64,000 nucleotides of DNA from Eledone cirrhosa. Taxonomy: Eukaryota. Shown here piece by piece: positions 39,345-52,460 of the stretch (position 1 is the first letter of the stretch; each line of letters opens with the position of its first letter). Location of the stretch: assembly GCA_964016885.1 (NCBI GenBank), contig OZ024743.1:92814001-92878000 (forward strand), in the 5' to 3' direction. The notes beneath the pieces are model-generated. The model saw only the letters and a list, made by a program, of their open reading frames with translations, ran no database searches and had not been told where the DNA came from. A program made the translations under genes and the position numbers.

Positions 39345-40096
39345 TTTAATTTTTTTTTTTTTTTTCATTAATATCTTTACAGAGCTATTTATTTTTTTTA
39401 GTTCGGTGACCGCTTAGGAAACCGAGCTGCTCTATACATTTCCATTTTTCTTTCTTTTAGTTTCTTTCTTTTGCAAGCTTCTCTCGCCAATGTCTGTTAG
39501 TTTCAAAATAATTAGGCACGCAAACTTTTTCCTTTCTTTCAACCCTACCCTTCGCATACACACCACTGCAAACGTCTTAAAAGCTACCGACTGCAAAAAC
39601 AGAGTTTCTTGATAATTTCAGATATTTCAAACTTTTATTCCGTTCGCCTTCCGAAGTAGTGAGCCTGCTATATACTCTAGAAAATATTTATTGAACAGAG
39701 ATTTGGCTGCTTTTTCTAGCAGGTAAAATTAGCACATTTCTTTAGAGCCGTTCGAATCGAACATTATCCACATCTGTAATAATTAATTCGGAATGGGTAT
39801 CGTAGCTAGTTATTTGGCCAAGTTATATAAACAAAAAGACAACATAAGTTTTAAAGACAGCAATATCGACAGCTATGCGACACTCTCGTAGTTAATAACG
39901 TGTGTTAATTTAAAAGTTAGATGAGATTTATGTAAAATTTTATTAAGCAACCTAAATTGCTTGAAAATACTGTGTTATACGGTTGAAAGTAAGAAAAATG
40001 TTTAATAGAAAATTAAAATATAAAAATTATCGTAAAAGAAAGGTGTTTAGTGAGTTGTTTTCTACAATAAAACTATTAAATTCAGCATAAGCTTTC

Positions 40097-40215
40097 GTTT
40101 ACGGCCGTATCACGCTGACAACACCGGTTCTCGTCCGATCACCGAAGTTAAACAACGTCGAGTCTAGTTAGTACTTGTATGGGTGACCGACTGGGAACCC
40201 TAGGTGCTGTAGGCG
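40097..40215 (+). rRNA. RNA5S: 5S rRNA, divergent isoform (same 7 substitutions as 31369)
   Basis: Identical to the 31369 copy. Confidence 0.85.
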
Positions 40216-40967
40216 TTTAATTTTTTTTTTTTTTTTCATTAATATCTTTACAGAGCTATTTATTTTTTTTAGTTCGGTGACCGCTTAGGAAACCGAGCTG
40301 CTGTATACATTTCCATTTTTCTTTCTTTTAGTTTCTTTCTTTTGCAAGCTTCTCTCGCCAATGTATGTTAGTTTCAAAATAATTAGGCACGCAAACTTTT
40401 TCCTTTCTTTCAACCCTACCCTTCGCATACACACCACTGCAAACGTCTTAAAAGCTACCGACTGCAAAATCAGAGTTTCTTGATAATTTCAGATATTTCA
40501 AACTTTTATTCCGTTCGCCTTCCGAAGTAGTGAGCCTGCTATATACTCTAGAAAATATTTATTGAACAGAGATTTGGCTGCTTTTTCTAGCAGGTAAAAT
40601 TAGCACATTTCTTTAGAGCCGTTCGAATCGGACATTATCCACATCTGTAATAATTAATTCGGAATGGGTATCGTAGCTAGTTATTTGGCCAAGTTATATA
40701 AACAAAAAGACAACATAAGTTTTAAAGACAGCGATATCGACAGCTATGCGACACTCTCGTAGTTAATAACGTGTGTTAATTTAAAAGTTAGATGAGATTT
40801 ATGTAAAATGTTATTAAGCAACCTAAATTGCTTGAAAATACTGTGTTATACGGTTGAAAGTAAGAAAAATGTTTAATAGAAAATTAAAATATAAAAATTA
40901 TCGTAAAAGAAAGGTGTTTAGTGAGTTGTTTTATACAATAAAACTATTAAATTCAGCATAAGCTTTC

Positions 40968-41086
40968 GTTTACGGCCATATCACGCTGACAACACCGGTT
41001 CTCGTCCGATCACCGAAGTTAAGCAACGTCGAGCCTAGTTAGTACTTGGATGGGTGACCGCCTGGGAACCCTAGGTGCCGTAAGCG
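40968..41086 (+). rRNA. RNA5S: 5S rRNA
   Basis: Array consensus. Confidence 0.97.
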
Positions 41087-41844
41087 TTTAATTTTTTTTT
41101 TTTTTTTTTTTTTTTCATTAATATCTTTACAGAGCTATTTATTTTTTTAGTTCGGTGACCGCTTAGGAAACCGAGCTGCTGTATACATTTCCATTTTTCT
41201 TTCTTTTAGTTTCTTTCTTTTGCAAGCTTCTCTCGCCAATGTCTGTTAGTTTCAAAATAATTAGGCACGCAAACTTTTTCCTCTCTTTCAACCCTACCCT
41301 TCGCATACACACCACTGCAAACGTCTTAAAAGCTACCGACTGCAAAAACAGAGTTTCTTGATAATTTCAGATATTTCAAACTTTTATTCCGTTCGCCTTC
41401 CGAAGTAGTGAGCCTGCTATATACTCTAGAAAATATTTATTGAACAGAGATTTGGCTGCTTTTTCTAGCAGGTAAAATTAGCACATTTCTTTAGAGCCGT
41501 TCGAATCGAACATTATCCACATCTGTAATAATTAATTCGGAATGGGTATCGTAGCTAGTTATTTGGCTAAGTTATATAAACAAAAAGACAACATAAGTTT
41601 TAAAGACAGCAATATCGAGAGCTATGCGACACTCTCGTAGTTAATAACGTGTGTTAATTTAAAAGTTAGATGAGATTTATGTAAAATTTTATTAAGCAAC
41701 CTAAATTGCTTGAAAATACTGTGTTATACGGTTGAAAGTAAGAAAAATGTTTAATAGAAAATTAAAATATAAAAATTATCGTAAAAGAAAGGTGTTTAGT
41801 GAGTTGTTTTATACAATAAACTATTAAATTCAGCATAAGCTTTC

Positions 41845-41963
41845 GTTTACGGCCATATCACGCTGACAACACCGGTTCTCGTCCGATCACCGAAGTTAAG
41901 CAACGTCGAGCCTAGTTAGTACTTGGATGGGTGACCGCCTGGGAACCCTAGGTGCCGTAAGCG
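41845..41963 (+). rRNA. RNA5S: 5S rRNA
   Basis: Array consensus. Confidence 0.97.
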
Positions 41964-42722
41964 TTTAATTTTTTTTTTTTTTTTTTTTTTTCATTAATAT
42001 CTTTACAGAGCTATTTATTTTTTTAGTTCGGTGACCGCTTAGGAAACCGAGCTGCTGTATACATTTCCATTTTTCTTTCTTTTAGTTTCTTTCTTTTGCA
42101 AGCTTCTCTCGCCAATGTCTGTTAGTTTCAAAATAATTAGGCACGCAAACTTTTTTCCTTTCTTTCAACCCTACCCTTCGCATACACACCACTGTAAACG
42201 TCTTAAAAGCTACCGACTGCAAAATCAGAGTTTCTTGATAATTTCAGATATTTCAAACTTTTATTCCGTTCGCCTTCCGAAGTAGTGAGCCTGCTGTATA
42301 CTCTAGAAAATATTTATTGAACAGAGATTTGGCTGCTTTTTCTAGCAGGTAAAATTAGCACATTTCTTTAGAGCCGTTCGAATCGAACATTATCCACATC
42401 TGTAATAATTAATTCGGAATGGGTATCGTAGCTAGTTATTTGGCCAAGTTATATAAACAAAAAGACAACATAAGTTTTAAAGACAGCAATATGGACAGCT
42501 ATGCGACACTCTCGTAGTTAATAACGTGTGTTAATTTAAAAGTTAGATGAGATTTATGTAAAATTTTATTAAGCAACCTAAATTGCTTGAAAATACTGTG
42601 TTATACGGTTGAAAGTAAGAAAAATGTTTAATAGAAAATTAAAATATAAAAATTATCGTAAAAGAAAGGTGTTTAGTGAGTTGTTTTATACAATAAAACT
42701 ATTAAATTCAGCATAAGCTTTC

Positions 42723-42841
42723 GTTTACGGCCATATCACGCTGACAACACCGGTTCTCGTCCGATCACCGAAGTTAAGCAACGTTGAGCCTAATTAGTAC
42801 TTGGATGGGTGACCGCCTGGGAACCCTAGGTGCCGTAAGCG
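42723..42841 (+). rRNA. RNA5S: 5S rRNA (C63T, G71A)
   Basis: Consensus + 2 SNPs. Confidence 0.92.
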
Positions 42842-43593
42842 TTTAATTTTTTTTTTTTTTTTCATTAATATCTTTACAGAGCTATTTATTTTTTTTAGTT
42901 CGGTGACCGCTTAGGAAACCGAGCTGCTGTATACATTTCCATTTTTCTTTCTTTTAGTTTCTTTCTTTTGCAAGCTTCTCTCGCCAATGTATGTTAGTTT
43001 CGAAATAATTAGGCACGCAAACTTTTTCCTTTCTTTCAACCTTACCCTTCGGATACACACCACTGCAAACGTCTTAAAAGCTACCGACTGCAAAATCAGA
43101 GTTTCTTGATAATTTCAGATATTTCAAACTTTTATTCCGTTCGCCTTCCGAAGTAGTGAGCCTGCTATATACTCTAGAAAATATTTATTGAACAGAGATT
43201 TGGCTGCTTTTTCTAGCAGGTAAAATTAGCACATTTCTTTAGAGCCGTTCGAATCGGACATTATCCACATCTGTAATAATTAATTCGGAATGGGTATCGT
43301 AGCTAGTTATTTGGCCAAGTTATATAAACAAAAAGACAACATAAGTTTTAAAGACAGCGATATCGACAGCTATGCGACACTCTCGTAGTTAATAATGTGT
43401 GTTAATTTAAAAGTTAGATGAGATTTATGTAAAATGTTATTAAGCAACCTAAATTGCTTGAAAATACTGTGTTATACGGTTGAAAGTAAGAAAAATGTTT
43501 AATAGAAAATTAAAATATAAAAATTATCGTAAAAGAAAGGTGTTTAGTGAGTTGTTTTATACAATAAAACTATTAAATTCAGTATAAGCTTTC

Positions 43594-43712
43594 GTTTACG
43601 GCCATATCACGCTGACAACACCGGTTCTCGTCCGATCACCGAAGTTAAGCAACGTCGAGCCTAGTTAGTACTTGGATGGGTGACCGCCTGGGAACCCTAG
43701 GTGCCGTAAGCG
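43594..43712 (+). rRNA. RNA5S: 5S rRNA
   Basis: Array consensus. Confidence 0.97.
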
Positions 43713-44473
43713 TTTAATTTTTTTTTTTTTTTTTTTTTTTTCATTAATATCTTTACAGAGCTATTTATTTTTTTTAGTTCGGTGACCGCTTAGGAAACCG
43801 AGCTGCTGTATACATTTCCATTTTTCTTTCTTTTAGTTTCTTTCTTTTGCAAGCTTCTCTCGCCAATGTCTGTTAGTTTCAAAATAATTAGGCACGCAAA
43901 CTTTTTTCCTTTCTTTCAACCCTACCCTTCGCATACACACCACTGTAAACGTCTTAAAAGCTACCGACTGCAAAATCAGAGTTTCTTGATAATTTCAGAT
44001 ATTTCAAACTTTTATTCCGTTCGCCTTCCGAAGTAGTGAGCCTGCTGTATACTCTAGAAAATATTTATTGAACAGAGATTTGGCTGCTTTTTCTAGCAGG
44101 TAAAATTAGCACATTTCTTTAGAGCCGTTCGAATCGAACATTATCCACATCTGTAATAATTAATTCGGAATGGGTATCGTAGCTAGTTATTTGGCCAAGT
44201 TATATAAACAAAAAGACAACATAAGTTTTAAAGACAGCAATATGGACAGCTATGCGACACTCTCGTAGTTAATAACGTGTGTTAATTTAAAAGTTAGATG
44301 AGATTTATGTAAAATTTTATTAAGCAACCTAAATTGCTTGAAAATACTGTGTTATACGGTTGAAAGTAAGAAAAATGTTTAATAGAAAATTAAAATATAA
44401 AAATTATCGTAAAAGAAAGGTGTTTAGTGAGTTGTTTTATACAATAAAACTATTAAATTCAGCATAAGCTTTC

Positions 44474-44592
44474 GTTTATGGCCATATCACGCTGACAACA
44501 CCGGTTCTCGTCCGATCACCGAAGTTAAGCAACGTTGAGCCTAGTTAGTACTTGGATGGGTGACCGCCTGGGAACCCTAGGTGCCGTAAGCG
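44474..44592 (+). rRNA. RNA5S: 5S rRNA (C6T, C63T)
   Basis: Consensus + 2 CpG transitions. Confidence 0.94.
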
Positions 44593-45343
44593 TTTAATTT
44601 TTTTTTTTTTTTCATTAATATCTTTACAGAGCTATTTATTTTTTTTAGTTCGGTGACCGCTTAGGAAACCGAGCTGCTGTATACATTTCCATTTTTCTTT
44701 CTTTTAGTTTCTTTCTTTTGCAAGCTTCTCTCGCCAATGTATGTTAGTTTCGAAATAATTAGGCACGCAAACTTTTTCCTTTCTTTCAACCTTACCCTTC
44801 GGATACACACCACTGCAAACGTCTTAAAAGCTACCGACTGCAAAATCAGAGTTTCTTGATAATTTCAGATATTTCAAACTTTTATTCCGTTCGCCTTCCG
44901 AAGTAGTGAGCCTGCTATATACTCTAGAAAATATTTATTGAACAGAGATTTGGCTGCTTTTTCTAGCAGGTAAAATTAGCACATTTCTTTAGAGCCGTTC
45001 GAATCGGACATTATCCACATCTGTAATAATTAATTCGGAATGGGTATCGTAGCTAGTTATTTGGCCAAGTTATATAAACAAAAAGACAACATAAGTTTTA
45101 AAGACAGCGATATCGACAGCTATGCGACACTCTCGTAGTTAATAATGTGTGTTAATTTAAAAGTTAGATGAGATTTATGTAAAATGTTATTAAGCAACCT
45201 AAATTGCTTGAAAATACTGTGTTATACGGTTGAAAGTAAGAAAAATGTTTAATAGAAAATTAAAATATAAAAATTATCGTAAAAGAAAGGTGTTTAGTGA
45301 GTTGTTTTATACAATAAAACTATTAAATTCAGTATAAGCTTTC

Positions 45344-45462
45344 GTTTACGGCCATATCACGCTGACAACACCGGTTCTCGTCCGATCACCGAAGTTAAGC
45401 AACGTCGAGCCTAGTTAGTACTTGGATGGGTGACCGCCTGGGAACCCTAGGTGCCGTAAGCG
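45344..45462 (+). rRNA. RNA5S: 5S rRNA
   Basis: Array consensus. Confidence 0.97.
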
Positions 45463-46223
45463 TTTAATTTTTTTTTTTTTTTTTTTTTTTTCATTAATAT
45501 CTTTACAGAGCTATTTATTTTTTTTAGTTCGGTGACCGCTTAGGAAACCGAGCTGCTGTATACATTTCCATTTTTCTTTCTTTTAGTTTCTTTCTTTTGC
45601 AAGCTTCTCTCGCCAATGTCTGTTAGTTTCAAAATAATTAGGCACGCAAACTTTTTTCCTTTCTTTCAACCCTACCCTTCGCATACACACCACTGTAAAC
45701 GTCTTAAAAGCTACCGACTGCAAAATCAGAGTTTCTTGATAATTTCAGATATTTCAAACTTTTATTCCGTTCGCCTTCCGAAGTAGTGAGCCTGCTGTAT
45801 ACTCTAGAAAATATTTATTGAACAGAGATTTGGCTGCTTTTTCTAGCAGGTAAAATTAGCACATTTCTTTAGAGCCGTTCGAATCGAACATTATCCACAT
45901 CTGTAATAATTAATTCGGAATGGGTATCGTAGCTAGTTATTTGGCCAAGTTATATAAACAAAAAGACAACATAAGTTTTAAAGACAGCAATATGGACAGC
46001 TATGCGACACTCTCGTAGTTAATAACGTGTGTTAATTTAAAAGTTAGATGAGATTTATGTAAAATTTTATTAAGCAACCTAAATTGCTTGAAAATACTGT
46101 GTTATACGGTTGAAAGTAAGAAAAATGTTTAATAGAAAATTAAAATATAAAAATTATCGTAAAAGAAAGGTGTTTAGTGAGTTGTTTTATACAATAAAAC
46201 TATTAAATTCAGCATAAGCTTTC

Positions 46224-46342
46224 GTTTATGGCCATATCACGCTGACAACACCGGTTCTCGTCCGATCACCGAAGTTAAGCAACGTTGAGCCTAGTTAGTA
46301 CTTGGATGGGTGACCGCCTGGGAACCCTAGGTGCCGTAAGCG
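46224..46342 (+). rRNA. RNA5S: 5S rRNA (C6T, C63T)
   Basis: Consensus + 2 CpG transitions. Confidence 0.94.
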
Positions 46343-47093
46343 TTTAATTTTTTTTTTTTTTTCATTAATATCTTTACAGAGCTATTTATTTTTTTTAGTT
46401 CGGTGACCGCTTAGGAAACCGAGCTGCTGTATACATTTCCATTTTTCTTTCTTTTAGTTTCTTTCTTTTGCAAGCTTCTCTCGCCAATGTATGTTAGTTT
46501 CAAAATAATTAGGCACGCAAACTTTTTCCTTTCTTTCAACCCTACCCTTCGCATACACACCACTGCAAACGTCTCAAAAGCTACCGACTGCAAAATCAGA
46601 GTTTCTTGATAATTTCAGATATTTCAAACTTTTATTCCGTTCGCCTTCCGAAGTAGTGAGCCTGCTATATACTCTAGAAAATATTTATTGAACAGAGATT
46701 TGGCTGCTTTTTCTAGCAGGTAAAATTAGCACATTTCTTTAGAGCCATTCGAATCGAACATTATCCACATCTGTAACAATTAATTCGGAATGGGTATCGT
46801 AGCTAGTTATTTGGCCAAGTTATATAAACAAAAAGACAACATAAGTTTTAAAGACAGCAATATCGACAGCTATTCGACACTCTCGTAGTTAATAACGTGT
46901 GTTAATTTAAAAGTTAGATGACATTTATGTAAAATTTTATTAAGCAACCTAAATTGCTTGAAAATACTGTGTTATACGGTTGAAAGTAAGAAAAATGTTT
47001 AATAGAAAATTAAAATATAAAAATTATCGTAAAAGAAAGGTGTTTAGTGAGTTGTTTTATACAATAAAACTATTAAATTCAGCATAAGCTTTC

Positions 47094-47212
47094 GTTTACG
47101 GCCATATCACGCTGACAACACCGGTTCTCGTCCGATCACCGAAGTTAAGCAACGTCGAGCCTAGTTAGTACTTGGATGGGTGACCGCCTGGGAACCCTAG
47201 GTGCCGTAAGCG
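47094..47212 (+). rRNA. RNA5S: 5S rRNA
   Basis: Array consensus. Confidence 0.97.
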
Positions 47213-47970
47213 TTTAATTTTTTTTTTTTTTTTTTTTTCATTAATATCTTTACAGAGCTATTTATTTTTTTTAGTTCGGTGACCGCTTAGGAAACCGAGC
47301 TGCTCTATACATTTCCATTTTTCTTTCTTTTAGTTTCTTTCTATTGCAAGCTTCTCTCGCCAATGTATGTTAGTTTCAAAATAATTAGGCACGCAAACTT
47401 TTTTCCTTTCTTTCAACCCTACCCTTCGCATAAACACCACTGCAAACGTCTTAAAAGCTACCGACTGCAAAATCAGAGTTTCTTGATAATTTCAGATATT
47501 TCAAACTTTTATTCCGTTCGCCTTCCGAAGTAGTGGGCCTGCTATATACTCTAGAAAATATTTATTGAACAGAGATGTGGCTGCTTTTTCTAGCAGGTAA
47601 AATTAGCACATTTCTTTAGAGCCGTTCGAATCGAACATTATCCACATCTGTAATAATTAATTCGGAATGGGTATCGTAGCTAGTTATTTGGCCAAGTTAT
47701 ATAAACAAAAAGACAACATAAGTTTTAAAGACAGCAATATGGACAGCTATGCGACACTCTCGTAGTTAATAACGTGTGTTAATTTAAAAGTTAGATGAGA
47801 TTTATGTAAAATTTTATTAAGCAACCTAAATTGCTTGAAAATACTGTGTTATACGGTTGAAAGTAGGAAAAATGTTTAATAGAAAATTAAAATATAAAAA
47901 TTATCGTAAAAGAAAGGTGTTTAGTGAGTTGTTTTATACAATAAAACTATTAAATTCAGCATATGCTTTC

Positions 47971-48089
47971 GTTTACGGCCATATCACGCTGACAACACCG
48001 GTTCTCGTGCGATCACCGAAGTTAAGCAACGTCGAGCCTAGTTAGTACTTGGATGGGTGACCGCCTGGGAACCCTAGGTGCCGTAAGCG
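47971..48089 (+). rRNA. RNA5S: 5S rRNA (C39G)
   Basis: Consensus + 1 SNP in loop C. Confidence 0.94.
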
Positions 48090-48841
48090 TTTAATTTTTT
48101 TTTTTTTTTTCATTAATATCTTTACAGAGCTATTTATTTTTTTTAGTTCGGTGACCGCTTAGGAAACCGAGCTGCTGTATACATTTCCATTTTTCTTTCT
48201 TTTAGTTTCTTTCTTTTGCAAGCTTCTCTCGCCAATGTATGTTAGTTTCGAAATAATTAGGCACGCAAACTTTTTCCTTTCTTTCAACCTTACCCTTCGG
48301 ATACACACCACTGCAAACGTCTTAAAAGCTACCGACTGCAAAATCAGAGTTTCTTGATAATTTCAGATATTTCAAACTTTTATTCCGTTCGCCTTCCGAA
48401 GTAGTGAGCCTGCTATATACTCTAGAAAATATTTATTGAACAGAGATTTGGCTGCTTTTTCTAGCAGGTAAAATTAGCACATTTCTTTAGAGCCGTTCGA
48501 ATCGGACATTATCCACATCTGTAATAATTAATTCGGAATGGGTATCGTAGCTAGTTATTTGGCCAAGTTATATAAACAAAAAGACAACATAAGTTTTAAA
48601 GACAGCGATATCGACAGCTATGCGACACTCTCGTAGTTAATAATGTGTGTTAATTTAAAAGTTAGATGAGATTTATGTAAAATGTTATTAAGCAACCTAA
48701 ATTGCTTGAAAATACTGTGTTATACGGTTGAAAGTAAGAAAAATGTTTAATAGAAAATTAAAATATAAAAATTATCGTAAAAGAAAGGTGTTTAGTGAGT
48801 TGTTTTATACAATAAAACTATTAAATTCAGTATAAGCTTTC

Positions 48842-48960
48842 GTTTACGGCCATATCACGCTGACAACACCGGTTCTCGTCCGATCACCGAAGTTAAGCAA
48901 CGTCGAGCCTAGTTAGTACTTGGATGGGTGACCGCCTGGGAACCCTAGGTGCCGTAAGCG
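48842..48960 (+). rRNA. RNA5S: 5S rRNA
   Basis: Array consensus. Confidence 0.97.
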
Positions 48961-49721
48961 TTTAATTTTTTTTTTTTTTTTTTTTTTTTCATTAATATCT
49001 TTACAGAGCTATTTATTTTTTTTAGTTCGGTGACCGCTTAGGAAACCGAGCTGCTGTATACATTTCCATTTTTCTTTCTTTTAGTTTCTTTCTTTTGCAA
49101 GCTTCTCTCGCCAATGTCTGTTAGTTTCAAAATAATTAGGCACGCAAACTTTTTTCCTTTCTTTCAACCCTACCCTTCGCATACACACCACTGTAAACGT
49201 CTTAAAAGCTACCGACTGCAAAATCAGAGTTTCTTGATAATTTCAGATATTTCAAACTTTTATTCCGTTCGCCTTCCGAAGTAGTGAGCCTGCTGTATAC
49301 TCTAGAAAATATTTATTGAACAGAGATTTGGCTGCTTTTTCTAGCAGGTAAAATTAGCACATTTCTTTAGAGCCGTTCGAATCGAACATTATCCACATCT
49401 GTAATAATTAATTCGGAATGGGTATCGTAGCTAGTTATTTGGCCAAGTTATATAAACAAAAAGACAACATAAGTTTTAAAGACAGCAATATGGACAGCTA
49501 TGCGACACTCTCGTAGTTAATAACGTGTGTTAATTTAAAAGTTAGATGAGATTTATGTAAAATTTTATTAAGCAACCTAAATTGCTTGAAAATACTGTGT
49601 TATACGGTTGAAAGTAAGAAAAATGTTTAATAGAAAATTAAAATATAAAAATTATCGTAAAAGAAAGGTGTTTAGTGAGTTGTTTTATACAATAAAACTA
49701 TTAAATTCAGCATAAGCTTTC

Positions 49722-49840
49722 GTTTATGGCCATATCACGCTGACAACACCGGTTCTCGTCCGATCACCGAAGTTAAGCAACGTTGAGCCTAGTTAGTACT
49801 TGGATGGGTGACCGCCTGGGAACCCTAGGTGCCGTAAGCG
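49722..49840 (+). rRNA. RNA5S: 5S rRNA (C6T, C63T)
   Basis: Consensus + 2 CpG transitions. Confidence 0.94.
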
Positions 49841-50591
49841 TTTAATTTTTTTTTTTTTTTCATTAATATCTTTACAGAGCTATTTATTTTTTTTAGTTCG
49901 GTGACCGCTTAGGAAACCGAGCTGCTGTATACATTTCCATTTTTCTTTCTTTTAGTTTCTTTCTTTTGCAAGCTTCTCTCGCCAATGTATGTTAGTTTCG
50001 AAATAATTAGGCACGCAAACTTTTTCCTTTCTTTCAACCTTACCCTTCGGATACACACCACTGCAAACGTCTTAAAAGCTACCGACTGCAAAATCAGAGT
50101 TTCTTGATAATTTCAGATATTTCAAACTTTTATTCCGTTCGCCTTCCGAAGTAGTGAGCCTGCTATATACTCTAGAAAATATTTATTGAACAGAGATTTG
50201 GCTGCTTTTTCTAGCAGGTAAAATTAGCACATTTCTTTAGAGCCGTTCGAATCGGACATTATCCACATCTGTAATAATTAATTCGGAATGGGTATCGTAG
50301 CTAGTTATTTGGCCAAGTTATATAAACAAAAAGACAACATAAGTTTTAAAGACAGCGATATCGACAGCTATGCGACACTCTCGTAGTTAATAATGTGTGT
50401 TAATTTAAAAGTTAGATGAGATTTATGTAAAATGTTATTAAGCAACCTAAATTGCTTGAAAATACTGTGTTATACGGTTGAAAGTAAGAAAAATGTTTAA
50501 TAGAAAATTAAAATATAAAAATTATCGTAAAAGAAAGGTGTTTAGTGAGTTGTTTTATACAATAAAACTATTAAATTCAGTATAAGCTTTC

Positions 50592-50710
50592 GTTTACGGC
50601 CATATCACGCTGACAACACCGGTTCTCGTCCGATCACCGAAGTTAAGCAACGTCGAGCCTAGTTAGTACTTGGATGGGTGACCGCCTGGGAACCCTAGGT
50701 GCCGTAAGCG
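50592..50710 (+). rRNA. RNA5S: 5S rRNA
   Basis: Array consensus. Confidence 0.97.
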
Positions 50711-51471
50711 TTTAATTTTTTTTTTTTTTTTTTTTTTTTCATTAATATCTTTACAGAGCTATTTATTTTTTTTAGTTCGGTGACCGCTTAGGAAACCGAG
50801 CTGCTGTATACATTTCCATTTTTCTTTCTTTTAGTTTCTTTCTTTTGCAAGCTTCTCTCGCCAATGTCTGTTAGTTTCAAAATAATTAGGCACGCAAACT
50901 TTTTTCCTTTCTTTCAACCCTACCCTTCGCATACACACCACTGTAAACGTCTTAAAAGCTACCGACTGCAAAATCAGAGTTTCTTGATAATTTCAGATAT
51001 TTCAAACTTTTATTCCGTTCGCCTTCCGAAGTAGTGAGCCTGCTGTATACTCTAGAAAATATTTATTGAACAGAGATTTGGCTGCTTTTTCTAGCAGGTA
51101 AAATTAGCACATTTCTTTAGAGCCGTTCGAATCGAACATTATCCACATCTGTAATAATTAATTCGGAATGGGTATCGTAGCTAGTTATTTGGCCAAGTTA
51201 TATAAACAAAAAGACAACATAAGTTTTAAAGACAGCAATATGGACAGCTATGCGACACTCTCGTAGTTAATAACGTGTGTTAATTTAAAAGTTAGATGAG
51301 ATTTATGTAAAATTTTATTAAGCAACCTAAATTGCTTGAAAATACTGTGTTATACGGTTGAAAGTAAGAAAAATGTTTAATAGAAAATTAAAATATAAAA
51401 ATTATCGTAAAAGAAAGGTGTTTAGTGAGTTGTTTTATACAATAAAACTATTAAATTCAGCATAAGCTTTC

Positions 51472-51590
51472 GTTTATGGCCATATCACGCTGACAACACC
51501 GGTTCTCGTCCGATCACCGAAGTTAAGCAACGTTGAGCCTAGTTAGTACTTGGATGGGTGACCGCCTGGGAACCCTAGGTGCCGTAAGCG
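51472..51590 (+). rRNA. RNA5S: 5S rRNA (C6T, C63T)
   Basis: Consensus + 2 CpG transitions. Confidence 0.94.
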
Positions 51591-52341
51591 TTTAATTTTT
51601 TTTTTTTTTTCATTAATATCTTTACAGAGCTATTTATTTTTTTTAGTTCGGTGACCGCTTAGGAAACCGAGCTGCTGTATACATTTCCATTTTTCTTTCT
51701 TTTAGTTTCTTTCTTTTGCAAGCTTCTCTCGCCAATGTATGTTAGTTTCAAAATAATTAGGCACGCAAACTTTTTCCTTTCTTTCAACCCTACCCTTCGC
51801 ATACACACCACTGCAAACGTCTCAAAAGCTACCGACTGCAAAATCAGAGTTTCTTGATAATTTCAGATATTTCAAACTTTTATTCCGTTCGCCTTCCGAA
51901 GTAGTGAGCCTGCTATATACTCTAGAAAATATTTATTGAACAGAGATTTGGCTGCTTTTTCTAGCAGGTAAAATTAGCACATTTCTTTAGAGCCATTCGA
52001 ATCGAACATTATCCACATCTGTAACAATTAATTCGGAATGGGTATCGTAGCTAGTTATTTGGCCAAGTTATATAAACAAAAAGACAACATAAGTTTTAAA
52101 GACAGCAATATCGACAGCTATTCGACACTCTCGTAGTTAATAACGTGTGTTAATTTAAAAGTTAGATGAGATTTATGTAAAATTTTATTAAGCAACCTAA
52201 ATTGCTTGAAAATACTGTGTTATACGGTTGAAAGTAAGAAAAATGTTTAATAGAAAATTAAAATATAAAAATTATCGTAAAAGAAAGGTGTTTAGTGAGT
52301 TGTTTTATACAATAAAACTATTAAATTCAGCATAAGCTTTC

Positions 52342-52460
52342 GTTTACGGCCATATCACGCTGACAACACCGGTTCTCGTCCGATCACCGAAGTTAAGCAA
52401 CGTCGAGCCTAGTTAGTACTTGGATGGGTGACCGCCTGGGAACCCTAGGTGCCGTAAGCG
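52342..52460 (+). rRNA. RNA5S: 5S rRNA
   Basis: Array consensus. Confidence 0.97.

Larger units (their letters stand above)
26330..42900 (+). repeat. Higher-order duplication: 9-unit block (7857 bp) followed by a 10-unit copy
   Basis: Same ordered marker SNPs at offsets of 7857 bp (27009/34866, 28757/36614) and ~8728 bp (31369/40097, 33996/42723). Boundaries are approximate. Confidence 0.9.
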
